The position numbers and the translations under genes are program-made. The notes under the pieces are model-generated. The model was given only the letters and a program-made list of their open reading frames with translations. It ran no database searches and was not told where the DNA came from. 64,000 bases of DNA from Obrimoposthia wandeli (lineage: Eukaryota): contig CDROCS010000506.1 in assembly GCA_977020255.1 (NCBI GenBank), positions 1,922,001 to 1,986,000 on the forward strand, written 5' to 3'. Shown here piece by piece: positions 53,568-63,175 of the stretch. Positions within the stretch are counted from its first letter, which is position 1. Each line of letters begins with the position of its first letter.

Positions 53568-54931
53568 CGGTTACGTAGCGGCAGTGCTAATTGCGCCGCT
53601 AAGCCACCCAGCGATGCGCGCTGTAACACAAGCTTGCCTTGATACATCCGCGCCATTTCTGCTGCGATATTAAGCCCTAGGCCATGACCTGGGGTTTGTT
53701 CATCTAAGCGCTGACCGCGGTCCAATACCAACTGACAATCTGAGTCACTCATACCTGGACCATCGTCTGCTATCGTCATTTGCAATAAGCCATCAACCAC
53801 GATAGCTGAGATAACAATACGCGATGTCGCCCATTTATATGCATTCTCAATCAAGTTACCGGCCATTTCATCAAAGTCACGGCCATCAACAGCAACTGTT
53901 AACCCCTCGTCAAAGGTAAGTTCAACGGCAATATTACGGCTGGCATACAAACGTGAAAAAGCCGACACGGCACTGCTACATTGTTGGTGTGGGCTACATT
54001 TAGCGCCTAACAACTGCTTCGCGGCTATTTGCGAAGATGATAAATGGTATTCAATATGTTGGCGCATTTGCTGTAGTTGTTGTTGTAACAAAAGCCGTTG
54101 TGGCGGTTGCGGCAGAGCCAATTCATTTTGCATAATACTTAGTGGTGTTTTTAATGCGTGCGCCATATTACCGGCATTGGTACGCGCCTTTTCTAGCAAC
54201 TGCTGATGATGGTCCAACAAGCGGTTAATATCTTTGACCAACGGGTCGATTTCTTGTGGATAATGGTGCTGAAAATGCGCTTTATCGCCGTTTTCAATTT
54301 CAGCCAACTCTTTACGCAATGTCGTCAGAGGTCGTAGACCCCAGGTTAACTGCAGAAAAATCAAAAGCATAACAGCTAGCGCCAAGAGACCTAGGCCAAT
54401 GAGCAAACTACGATTAACACCCTGTAATGCCAGCGCTAAGCTGCTACTTTCTTGTGCCACAGAAACCCAAAAAAACATTTCACTATCGGGTAGTTTTACT
54501 TTTTGCTGCAACACCATAAGCGCTTTGCCTGTGGGGCCATCAGTCACAAAATCATCAAGACCAAATTCATTATTCAGATGACTAAAGGTAAGTTGTTTTT
54601 CCCATAATGAACGCGAGCGTTTTAACACCTTATTATCAGTTTGGATTTGCCAATAAAGTCCCGAATAAGGTTGGTTAAATCGCGGTTCGGACAAGGAGTT
54701 AATCGGCATGATATTAAAGGGAATATAGCGATTAGCAGAGTCGAGCGTGGGCGGTTGCACTTCAAGGCGACTTAATAATTCATCTAACGACAAGGTTAAT
54801 TTGGTCACCAATTCGCTACGTAAATAGTCTTGCATGTAACGCTGCACGGTAAATCCAGTGATCAGGATCAGCACTACGCAACAGCCTCCCGCTGCAAACA
54901 ATAATCTATTTTTTAATGAAAAACGTTTCAA
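53561..54931 (-). CDS. Sensor histidine kinase (BqsS/CarS/PhoQ-like)
   Basis: Two TMs, HAMP, HALKTPL H-box, NLIENAYKWA, DDGPG and GHGLGL. Confidence 0.92.
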   Translation of the reverse strand: MKRFSLKNRLLFAAGGCCVVLILITGFTVQRYMQDYLRSELVTKLTLSLDELLSRLEVQPPTLDSANRYIPFNIMPINSLSEPRFNQPYSGLYWQIQTDNKVLKRSRSLWEKQLTFSHLNNEFGLDDFVTDGPTGKALMVLQQKVKLPDSEMFFWVSVAQESSSLALALQGVNRSLLIGLGLLALAVMLLIFLQLTWGLRPLTTLRKELAEIENGDKAHFQHHYPQEIDPLVKDINRLLDHHQQLLEKARTNAGNMAHALKTPLSIMQNELALPQPPQRLLLQQQLQQMRQHIEYHLSSSQIAAKQLLGAKCSPHQQCSSAVSAFSRLYASRNIAVELTFDEGLTVAVDGRDFDEMAGNLIENAYKWATSRIVISAIVVDGLLQMTIADDGPGMSDSDCQLVLDRGQRLDEQTPGHGLGLNIAAEMARMYQGKLVLQRASLGGLAAQLALPLRNRL

Positions 54932-55587
54932 TCCTGCGCGATCCTATAACCTAATCCACGTACCGTTTCGATCATTTTACTGCCGATTTTTTTGCGTAAT
55001 CGGCCGACAAAGACTTCAATAGTATTGGAGTCACGATCAAAATCTTGCGCGTAAATATGTTCAATTAAGGTAGCCCGAGAGACCACTTGACCAAGGTGGA
55101 GCATTAAATAACTCAGCACTTTAAACTCATGAGCCGTCAGCGTCACACTCAAACCAGCATTAGTGACTGTTGATGCCGAGATATCTAAACGGATATCGCC
55201 AACAGTCACAATCGATGATGCTTTACCTGCTGCTCGGCGGACTAAAGCCTGTAAACGCGCAACTAATTCACCCATTTGAAAAGGCTTTGCCAGGTAATCA
55301 TCAGCGCCCGCGTTCAAGCCTTCAATTTTTTCGTGTAATAACGACCGCGCAGTAAGAATAATAACGGGCATAGTCAGGTTTTCAGCGCGCCATTTTTTCA
55401 ACACCGTTAAACCATCAATTTTTGGCAAGCCTAAATCGAGCACCACGGCATCATAAGTTTCGGTCGAGCCCATAAAATGCGCTTCTTCACCATCATAAGC
55501 ACAGTCAACAATAAAGCCCTGCGCAGTTAATTGCTGCTGCATTTGTTGAGCTAATTGCGGTTCATCTTCAACGATTAATACTTTCAT
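54928..55587 (-). CDS. OmpR-family response regulator (BqsR/CarR-like)
   Basis: VEDE, LDLGLP, GADDYLAKPF, IEVFVGRLRKK and TVRGLGY; overlaps the kinase start. Confidence 0.93.
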   Translation of the reverse strand: MKVLIVEDEPQLAQQMQQQLTAQGFIVDCAYDGEEAHFMGSTETYDAVVLDLGLPKIDGLTVLKKWRAENLTMPVIILTARSLLHEKIEGLNAGADDYLAKPFQMGELVARLQALVRRAAGKASSIVTVGDIRLDISASTVTNAGLSVTLTAHEFKVLSYLMLHLGQVVSRATLIEHIYAQDFDRDSNTIEVFVGRLRKKIGSKMIETVRGLGYRIAQD

Positions 55588-55589
55588 GC

Positions 55590-55946
55590 TTACCTATTCT
55601 GATTAAAAAAACGTTCAAGTTTATGGCCTTTAATGGCTAACAAACGGAACGTTTTAGCGTCAAAGTCTGCTTTGACCACATTACGATCGGCATCGAGAAT
55701 TTTGATTTCGTATATCCAAATATCATCTTCGCTGTAATCATCGTCTTTTTCGAGTTCGACTTTAATTACTCGACCGTTAAAGTCACGCTCAATAATGGCG
55801 AGTAAATCAATAAACGGACTGATCTCTTTCGCCTCCACGGCTGCCGTGACTTCGTCAAGATCTTCTTCGTATTCGATATGCGGCATTGCCACACTCTGCC
55901 ATGACATAAAGATTAGCATGACAGTTAATAAGATTCGTGTTTTCAT
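55590..55946 (-). CDS. PepSY-domain protein
   Basis: Signal peptide; GRVIKVELE...YEIKIL...DAKT pattern. Confidence 0.85.
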   Translation of the reverse strand: MKTRILLTVMLIFMSWQSVAMPHIEYEEDLDEVTAAVEAKEISPFIDLLAIIERDFNGRVIKVELEKDDDYSEDDIWIYEIKILDADRNVVKADFDAKTFRLLAIKGHKLERFFNQNR

Positions 55947-55998
55947 AGGTTCTAGAGTACCGTTGTTTAAATGAATAGAACATTAACAGGGTCAAATT

Positions 55999-56253
55999 TT
56001 GCTAAAATATTATTACTTAATACTGATTTTACTCAGTCCTGTAACGCTTGCTAATCCAGTACATGATCAGCCAGAAAAATCCATCGCGCAAGTGATTGAA
56101 CTGCTTGTTGAACAAGGTTTTCATGATATTTCTAAAGTTGAATTTGATTATGACGATAATCGCTATGAAATTAAAGCGCGTAACGCTAACAACGACAAAG
56201 TTGAAATAGAACTGACTACCACAGGTCAATTTATCTCAGTCGAAGAAGATTAA
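55999..56253 (+). CDS. PepSY-like small periplasmic protein
   Basis: Signal peptide; GF.DI.KVEFD....YEIKARN.....VEIEL. Confidence 0.8.
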   Translation: MLKYYYLILILLSPVTLANPVHDQPEKSIAQVIELLVEQGFHDISKVEFDYDDNRYEIKARNANNDKVEIELTTTGQFISVEED

Positions 56254-56308
56254 TTTTACCCTGCCAGAGCACTTCTGGTAGCTAATACAAGAATAATCAG
56301 GAATATTC

Positions 56309-56734
56309 ATGACCGATTTCTCGTCAAGCCCATTTGGCAACTCCATCACCAGTACAGATGTGCTGACGTTATTAACCGCACAAGCTGGCTGGCAAAATAA
56401 ATACCGCCAATTGATCCAACTTGGTAATAAGATCCCAGCATTAAGTGATGATTATAAAATAGCAGAAAATCAAATTAAAGGCTGCGAAAGCCAAGCTTGG
56501 TTAGCCTTGCACTGCGATAATGACGAACGATTATGGTTTGGTTTGGATTCTGATGCCCGTATAGTTAAAGGCTTAATGGCAGCATTATTAGCCGCAGTTA
56601 ACGGTAAAACCCGTGCTGAGATCGCGACGTTTGATGTCGATGATTACTTTGCGCAATTAGGCTTTATGCAACAACTCAGTCCATCACGTGGCAATGGTTT
56701 AAAAGCCGTTATTGCAGCAATTAAAGCGGCTTAA
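56309..56734 (+). CDS. csdE: Sulfur acceptor protein, SufE/CsdE family
   Basis: WQNKYRQLIQLG, GCESQAW, DSDARIVKGL and LSPSRGNGL. Confidence 0.9.
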   Translation: MTDFSSSPFGNSITSTDVLTLLTAQAGWQNKYRQLIQLGNKIPALSDDYKIAENQIKGCESQAWLALHCDNDERLWFGLDSDARIVKGLMAALLAAVNGKTRAEIATFDVDDYFAQLGFMQQLSPSRGNGLKAVIAAIKAA

Positions 56735-56809
56735 AGACGCTTTAATTGTAACGTGTAAGTGAATCAGCTCATCACTTACACGTTATCGTCATCAAAAACT
56801 ATCTCATCA

Positions 56810-58021
56810 TTATTTCTGCAAGTTTTTAACGATCAACGCCGTCCCCATACCACCACCAATACACAGCGATGCTAGGCCGTAATCGACACCACGCTTTTGC
56901 ATTTCGTGTAATAACGTCACGGTAATACGACCACCAGATGCACCTAATGGGTGACCCAGAGCGATAGCGCCACCGTTAACATTGGTCTTATCGGCAAACC
57001 AATCCATATCAACATTGTGCTCTTGAGTCAGGTTAGTCATTACCCCTAACGCTTGCGCAGCAAAGGCTTCATTAAGCTCTAATAAGTCCATCTGTTCTAA
57101 TGACATGTCAGCACGCTTAAGTGCTTGCTCAATCGCAGGTACTGGACCTAAGCCCATAACTTGTGGATCAACACCACCTTGACCATAAGCAATCAGTTCT
57201 GCCATCGGTTCTAAACCGTATTTTTCTACCGCTGCAGCAGAGGCTAAGATAATAGCAGCCGCGCCATCATTAATGCCCGATGCATTTGCCGCTGTCACAG
57301 AACCATCCGCTTTAAATGCTGGGCGCAATTTAGCTAAGCCTTCAACGCTGGTATTATCTTTTGGATATTCATCAGTCGCAAAGCTTTGTGTTTGACGACG
57401 CACTTTGATTTCAACGGGTACAATCTCGTCAACGAAACGTTCAGCGGCAATAGCTGCAACCGCTTTATGTTGGCTACCCACTGCAAACGTATCTTGTTGT
57501 TCACGGGTTAAACCAAACTGATCAACGATATTTTCCGCTGTCATGCCCATGTGGTAATTATTAAATACATCAGTCAGTCCATCGTTGATCATGGCGTCAA
57601 CCATGGTCATGTTACCCATTTTAGAACCAAAACGGGTTTTAGCAGGCATCAAATAAGGAATGTTAGACATGCTTTCCATGCCTGCAGCAACAACGATATC
57701 GGCATCACCCGCTTTAATGTGCGCAGCACCGTCCATGATGGTTTTCATGCCGCTACCACAAATCATATTCAACGTATAAGCAGGAACACTAGCAGGAATA
57801 CCCGCTTGCATAGCGGCTTGACGGCCCGGTCCCATGCCTTGACCAGCACTAATCACATTACCAACAATCACTTCATCAACATGCTCAGGATTAACCTTGG
57901 CAGCAGCTAATGCGCCTTTGATTGCCGTTGCACCTAACGTCGCCGCATCGACACCAGCTAAGCTGCCACCAAAACTACCAAGGGCCGTACGCTTTGCTGC
58001 AACAATAAATACTTTACTCAT
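56810..58021 (-). CDS. Acetyl-CoA C-acetyltransferase (thiolase II, AtoB-like)
   Basis: NMICGSG, NEAFAAQ, GHPLGASG and CIGGGMG motifs. Confidence 0.92.
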   Translation of the reverse strand: MSKVFIVAAKRTALGSFGGSLAGVDAATLGATAIKGALAAAKVNPEHVDEVIVGNVISAGQGMGPGRQAAMQAGIPASVPAYTLNMICGSGMKTIMDGAAHIKAGDADIVVAAGMESMSNIPYLMPAKTRFGSKMGNMTMVDAMINDGLTDVFNNYHMGMTAENIVDQFGLTREQQDTFAVGSQHKAVAAIAAERFVDEIVPVEIKVRRQTQSFATDEYPKDNTSVEGLAKLRPAFKADGSVTAANASGINDGAAAIILASAAAVEKYGLEPMAELIAYGQGGVDPQVMGLGPVPAIEQALKRADMSLEQMDLLELNEAFAAQALGVMTNLTQEHNVDMDWFADKTNVNGGAIALGHPLGASGGRITVTLLHEMQKRGVDYGLASLCIGGGMGTALIVKNLQK

Positions 58022-58057
58022 ACCTTGTTTCCTTACTTGATGTGATCAGTTTGGTTT

Positions 58058-58075
58058 TTCAAACATGTGTTTGAA
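58058..58075. promoter_or_regulatory. Perfect palindrome resembling a PsrA operator
   Basis: TTCAAACA-TG-TGTTTGAA, 37 bp upstream of the thiolase start. Confidence 0.6.
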
Positions 58076-58266
58076 TGGTATCACAACTTGTTAACATAAC
58101 CGAATTAAAGGCAGTGAACCAAGGCGTATTTAAGTTAGGAGAAAAATAAAGGCAGGTGCTAGATACAAAAAAACCAGCGAATACAGGGAGTATCAGCTGG
58201 TTTCCATTATTTAGTAAAAATCTGATTCAAACCTTACTCGAACCTCAATCAAATCTAACTAAAACC

Positions 58267-59067
58267 CTATTCTGGACGATAACGCGCTTCTCGTTCGGCT
58301 AATTTTTTTAATACTCGCGACGCGGCAATTAAGCCAAAACTAGCCGTCACAGCAGTTGAAGAACCAAAGCCACTTGAACAATCCATGCCTGTTGCGCCAT
58401 CAAGAAAGTTTTTGGTCGCACACACTTCGCCATCGGTACCCGGGTAAATTAATTGCTCGGTAGAGAATACACACTCGATACCAAAGCGACTCGTTGGGTT
58501 TTTACTGAAGTTATGTAAACGACGCAGATCAGAGCGTACTTTCGCCGCTAATGGATCTTGGTTTGTTCTAGATAAATCCAGTACTTGAATTTGAGTTGGG
58601 TCGATTTGACCACCCGCAGCGCCAATGGTAATGCATTTAATTTTTTGGCGATTACAGTGTGCTAGTAAGGCGGTTTTTGAACGTACGCTATCAATCGCAT
58701 CAATGACGTAGTCGAAATCTTTGCTTATGTGCATACCAACATCATCAACCGTAATAAAATCATCGATTGGCGTCACGATACATTCTGGATTAATGGCACG
58801 AATACGTTCAGCCATCACATCAATTTTCTGCTTACCGATAGTGTCTTTTAAAGCATGAATTTGACGGTTGGTATTAGTCACACAAATATCATCCATGTCG
58901 ATTAGGGTGATCTTGCCGATACCTGAACGCGCTAAAGTTTCAGCTGCCCAAGAACCCACACCACCAATACCAATCACACATACATGCGCTTGACTAAAAA
59001 ATTGCAGTGCTTTAACGCCATATAAACGCGCAATACCACTAAAACGATTGTCATATTCGGCTGACAT
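58267..59067 (-). CDS. tcdA: tRNA threonylcarbamoyladenosine dehydratase
   Basis: GIGGVGSW, DMDDICVTNTNRQ, QDPLAAKVR and VFSTE. Confidence 0.93.
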   Translation of the reverse strand: MSAEYDNRFSGIARLYGVKALQFFSQAHVCVIGIGGVGSWAAETLARSGIGKITLIDMDDICVTNTNRQIHALKDTIGKQKIDVMAERIRAINPECIVTPIDDFITVDDVGMHISKDFDYVIDAIDSVRSKTALLAHCNRQKIKCITIGAAGGQIDPTQIQVLDLSRTNQDPLAAKVRSDLRRLHNFSKNPTSRFGIECVFSTEQLIYPGTDGEVCATKNFLDGATGMDCSSGFGSSTAVTASFGLIAASRVLKKLAEREARYRPE

Positions 59068-59095
59068 ACCCTACCTCAAATAATAGCAAAGGCGC

Positions 59096-59124
59096 ATTAT
59101 ACCGATAACACCAGCTAACTACAA
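59096..59124 (-). promoter_or_regulatory. Sigma70 promoter of tcdA
   Basis: TTGTAG-17-TATAAT with GCGCC discriminator. Confidence 0.65.
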
Positions 59125-59148
59125 AAAGGATAGAGCGTTTAGTTTAAT

Positions 59149-59162
59149 TTGATTGAAATCAA
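59149..59162. promoter_or_regulatory. Consensus FNR-type box
   Basis: TTGAT-TGAA-ATCAA. Confidence 0.6.
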
Positions 59163-59378
59163 ACTAAACTGTGATAGCTAATTATTGCAAGATGCATACT
59201 GAATTGCATAAAACAATAAAAAACGGCTCGCCCTCCCTGCCTGTAAATGCATGCTTAACCAAAATAAAAGCATATTAAAACAATAGAAATAAATGCATAT
59301 TTCCCAAGCCGTTTCACTAAAGGCCCAGCTAATTATAAAAATATAATTCAGTTCTGCATTAGCGCATTTTTTACCAAT

Positions 59379-59392
59379 TGCATAATGTTGCA
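59379..59392. promoter_or_regulatory. Possible ArgR box upstream of arcD
   Basis: TGCAT-AATG-TTGCA, one mismatch to TGMAT-N4-ATKCA; AT-rich context makes this weak. Confidence 0.3.
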
Positions 59393-59694
59393 ACTATTCA
59401 ATGAAAATATCCACACGTAAACAGCGCCAAAAAAAACCACTACTTAAGAGATAACTTCTTCCTTTAAAATGTGATCAATTAGTAATTATGCAAAGCCAAA
59501 CTACATTATTATTTCGGCTAAATCTCCGGCCTTTAATTTGGATAAATGATAATGAAAATATTATGTTTTATTTATAAACACCGCCTATCACCCAGAGCCT
59601 TTACCGCATTTATATTATATAAAAATTCCAATTCTAATTGCTAAAAAATTAATGCTATGCCCGATATCGGTATAACAAATAGCGAGGATAAAAG

Positions 59695-61140
59695 ATGACT
59701 ACATCAACTTTAGATACAGAAAAAAAAGGCTTTTTTGCTAACTTAAAATTTCCATCTGCTTATACGATCCTGTTTGCACTTATTGCAATTGTCGCTCTAA
59801 TGACTTGGATTATTCCAGCAGGTCAATACGACCGAGTCATGAATGAAGATATTGGCAAAGAAGTGCCAATCACAGGTACATATCATGCTGTTGATAATAA
59901 TCCGCAAGGGTTCGTAGATGTAGTGCTTGCTCCTATCGATGGTTTTTACGATCACAATACCTATGCAGCTGCGGCAATTGATGTCTCTCTTTTCATTCTT
60001 ATTATTGGTGGTTTTCTTGGGCTTGTAACAAAAACAGGCGCAATCGATGCTGGTATTGAGCGTGTAACAACTCGCTTAAATGGTCGAGAAGAATTAATGA
60101 TCCCGATCCTGATGGCGCTATTTGCTGCAGGCGGTACTATTTACGGCATGGCAGAAGAGTCATTACCATTTTACTCGCTGATCGTCCCCGTCATGCTCGC
60201 AGCTCGCTTCGATTCTGTAGTCGGCGCCGCAACCGTACTGCTAGGCGCAGGTATTGGTGTAATAGGGTCGACCATTAACCCATTTGCAACCGTGATCGCA
60301 TCTAATACTGCCGGTATCCCGTTTACTGATGGTATGTTTTTACGTATAGCTACCTTAGCGATTGGTTGGTTAATCTGCGTAATCTACGTCATGCGTTACG
60401 CTAAGAAAATCAAAGCCGATCCATCAAAATCGATTATGTTTGATAAACATGAAGAACATATAGCGCATTTCTTAGGTAATAAATCAGATGAGAAATTAGA
60501 ATTTACAACAACGCGTAAACTCATTCTCACTATCTTCGTCGCTTCTTTTGCAATCATGATTTATGGTGTTGCAGTCGCGGGTTGGTGGATGGCTGAAATC
60601 TCAGGTCTATTCTTAGTCGCTGCCATTATTACCGGTCTCGTTGCTAGAATGAGTGAAGAAGAATTAACATCAAGTTTCATTGATGGCGCTCGTGATTTAC
60701 TTGGTGTCGCGCTCATTGTTGGTATCGCGCGTGGTATCGTCGTGATAATGGACCGAGGTATGATCACTGATACCATTCTCAACTCTGCTGAAATGGCAAT
60801 CTCAGGTTTATCTGGTATTGTCTTTATCAATGTCATGTATTGGATTGAAGTATTACTGTCATTCTTAGTGCCATCAACATCAGGATTAGCTGTTTTAACG
60901 ATGCCGATTATGTCTCCATTAGCTGACTTTGCTTCTGTTAGTCGAGATTTAGTTGTCACAGCATTCCAATCAGCTTCTGGTATTGTGAATTTAATTACCC
61001 CAACGTCAGCTGTCGTTATGGGTGGTCTTGCGATAGCCAAAGTACCTTATGTTCGTTGGTTAAAATGGGTCGCACCACTGATCGCTATATTAACTATTTT
61101 AGTGATGGCAATGCTTAGCCTTGGGGTCATCCTGTCATAA
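59695..61140 (+). CDS. YfcC-family basic amino acid antiporter (ArcD role inferred)
   Basis: FPSAYTILF, IPAGQY, YGMAEE, NPFATVIA and PSTSGLA; adjacent to arcA. Confidence 0.82.
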   Translation: MTTSTLDTEKKGFFANLKFPSAYTILFALIAIVALMTWIIPAGQYDRVMNEDIGKEVPITGTYHAVDNNPQGFVDVVLAPIDGFYDHNTYAAAAIDVSLFILIIGGFLGLVTKTGAIDAGIERVTTRLNGREELMIPILMALFAAGGTIYGMAEESLPFYSLIVPVMLAARFDSVVGAATVLLGAGIGVIGSTINPFATVIASNTAGIPFTDGMFLRIATLAIGWLICVIYVMRYAKKIKADPSKSIMFDKHEEHIAHFLGNKSDEKLEFTTTRKLILTIFVASFAIMIYGVAVAGWWMAEISGLFLVAAIITGLVARMSEEELTSSFIDGARDLLGVALIVGIARGIVVIMDRGMITDTILNSAEMAISGLSGIVFINVMYWIEVLLSFLVPSTSGLAVLTMPIMSPLADFASVSRDLVVTAFQSASGIVNLITPTSAVVMGGLAIAKVPYVRWLKWVAPLIAILTILVMAMLSLGVILS

Positions 61141-61174
61141 TATCCGCATAAGTTCATTCGTCTCACTGATGACT

Positions 61175-61211
61175 AAAATACCCTGCCTATCTCAAGGAAG
61201 GGTATTTTTTT
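61175..61211 (+). terminator. Terminator after the antiporter gene
   Basis: AAAATACCCT...AGGGTATTTTTTT. Confidence 0.8.
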
Positions 61212-61927
61212 GCCTATAATAACAAGCTCACCCTCCTCCCCTTATACTTTATAACTACTCCATTTATGCACTTTATCTCTCAGTTAATAACCTCATATCC
61301 CGTCTTTTATTTTTACAACATTCATTGTCCATTTAAGAACTAATATTGACGAAATGGACCTGAAGCAAGCACCCAAAAATCTAAGCTGTAAATACGAAAT
61401 AAACGTCATTTCATACTGTAAATCAGGGGGGATTATTGACCTTAATATCGCCCAGTAAATAGAGAACATCGCTTGCCTATAAAAGCAATGAAAATGGCAA
61501 GCTCTAAAGCAATAATAACCCCAAATAAAAACATGATCTGGCTAGCAAATTAACAACCAAAAAGCCCCTACCCATTTAGATATATAAGCACTTCACCTGC
61601 ATAAATTTTAACGATTAAAATAGTGTTTTAAAACCAATCAAAAAAGACAATGAGCAAATACTTTAAAATCAAAAGCTTAATTAAAAAAACTAACTAAACA
61701 ACTGCGTTAACATCATAACTTCCAACTAACCGCGGCATAATAAAACACATTTAAATCAACATGTTACATACCATTAACAAGATAAAAACGTGACCAAGAT
61801 CGAAGATTAGCAGAACCTATATCGTATACTCCACACATCAACTTAAAGCACTAAGTAGCAGCAATAAAAATTTAAGCTTTCACATAATTAATAGTATTTC
61901 ATAAACGATTTAGCGAAGGATAAGATT

Positions 61928-63148
61928 ATGAGTAAATTATATGTAGGTTCTGAAGTAGGTCAATTACGTCGCGTTCTAGTTCACCGTCCAAGACGTTCAC
62001 TAAGCCACTTAACACCATCTAACTGCCACGAGTTATTATTTGATGATGTGCTAGCAGTAGAACGAGCAGGTAAAGAGCACGATGTGTTTACCAAAACATT
62101 GCGTGATCAAGGTGTAGAAGTGTTACTTCTCACTGACCTTCTTGCTGATACATTAGCAATCCCTGAAGCTAAAGAGTGGTTGTTAACAAGTCAAATATCG
62201 AATTACCGCTTAGGCGCGACATTTGCTAATGACGTACGCTGTTACCTCGCTGATTTACCAAATATCGACCTTGCTAAAATCTTAACTGGTGGTCTGTCTT
62301 ACGCTGAAATGCCAATGAAATCATCTTCAATGATGCAAAGCATGCACGCACCAACAGATTTCATTATTGAACCACTACCAAATCACTTATTTACTCGCGA
62401 TACGTCTTGCTGGGTATATGGCGGTGTTTCTATTAACCCTATGGCTAAAGCGGCTCGCCAACGTGAAACTAATCACGTTCGTGCAATCTATCACTGGCAC
62501 CCAATCTTCGCTGGCGCAGATTTCGTTAAGTACTACGGTCATGAAGAAAAAATGTATGACAACTCAACAATCGAAGGCGGTGACGTTCTGGTTATTGGTA
62601 AAGGTTCAGTCCTTATTGGTATGTCTGAGCGTACAACCCCACAAGGTGTTGAGCAACTAGCATCTGGCCTATTCAAAAGCGGTCAAGCAAAACAAATTAT
62701 TGCAATGCAGCTCCCTAAACACCGCTCTTGCATGCACTTAGATACAGTAATGACGCACCTGCGTGAAGATACATTCTCAGTTTACCCTGAAGTTGTAAGT
62801 AAAGACGTACAGTGCTGGAGCCTAACAGGTGATGAATCAGGCGCAGTTAACGTGAAAGAAGAAGGTTACTTCGTTACCGCTATCGAAAAAGCACTCGGTG
62901 TAGGACAACTAAACCTAATCACCACTGGTGGTGACAGTTTCACAGCAGAACGTGAGCAGTGGAATGATGCTAACAACGTATTAACGGTAAAACCTGGTGT
63001 CGTCATTGGTTATGAAGGTAACTCTCACACTAACGAAAAATACGATAAAGCAGGCATCACAGTTCTACCAATTCCAGGTGATGAACTAGGCCGAGGACGC
63101 GGTGGCGCTCGCTGCATGAGTTGCCCAATTGAACGTGACGGTATCTAA
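61928..63148 (+). CDS. arcA: Arginine deiminase
   Basis: [23 protein letters not shown] and [11 protein letters not shown]. Confidence 0.96.
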   Translation: MSKLYVGSEVGQLRRVLVHRPRRSLSHLTPSNCHELLFDDVLAVERAGKEHDVFTKTLRDQGVEVLLLTDLLADTLAIPEAKEWLLTSQISNYRLGATFANDVRCYLADLPNIDLAKILTGGLSYAEMPMKSSSMMQSMHAPTDFIIEPLPNHLFTRDTSCWVYGGVSINPMAKAARQRETNHVRAIYHWHPIFAGADFVKYYGHEEKMYDNSTIEGGDVLVIGKGSVLIGMSERTTPQGVEQLASGLFKSGQAKQIIAMQLPKHRSCMHLDTVMTHLREDTFSVYPEVVSKDVQCWSLTGDESGAVNVKEEGYFVTAIEKALGVGQLNLITTGGDSFTAEREQWNDANNVLTVKPGVVIGYEGNSHTNEKYDKAGITVLPIPGDELGRGRGGARCMSCPIERDGI

Positions 63149-63175
63149 CAATTTAATTCACTGAGATAAATCATT

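Noticed and set aside
59178-59393. 71-aa minus-strand ORF between tcdA and the antiporter
   Set aside because: AT-rich regulatory DNA with no RBS and implausible composition
61354-61458. 34-codon ORF (MDLKQAPKNLSC...) in the antiporter-arcA gap
   Set aside because: No recognisable RBS or motif; expected by chance
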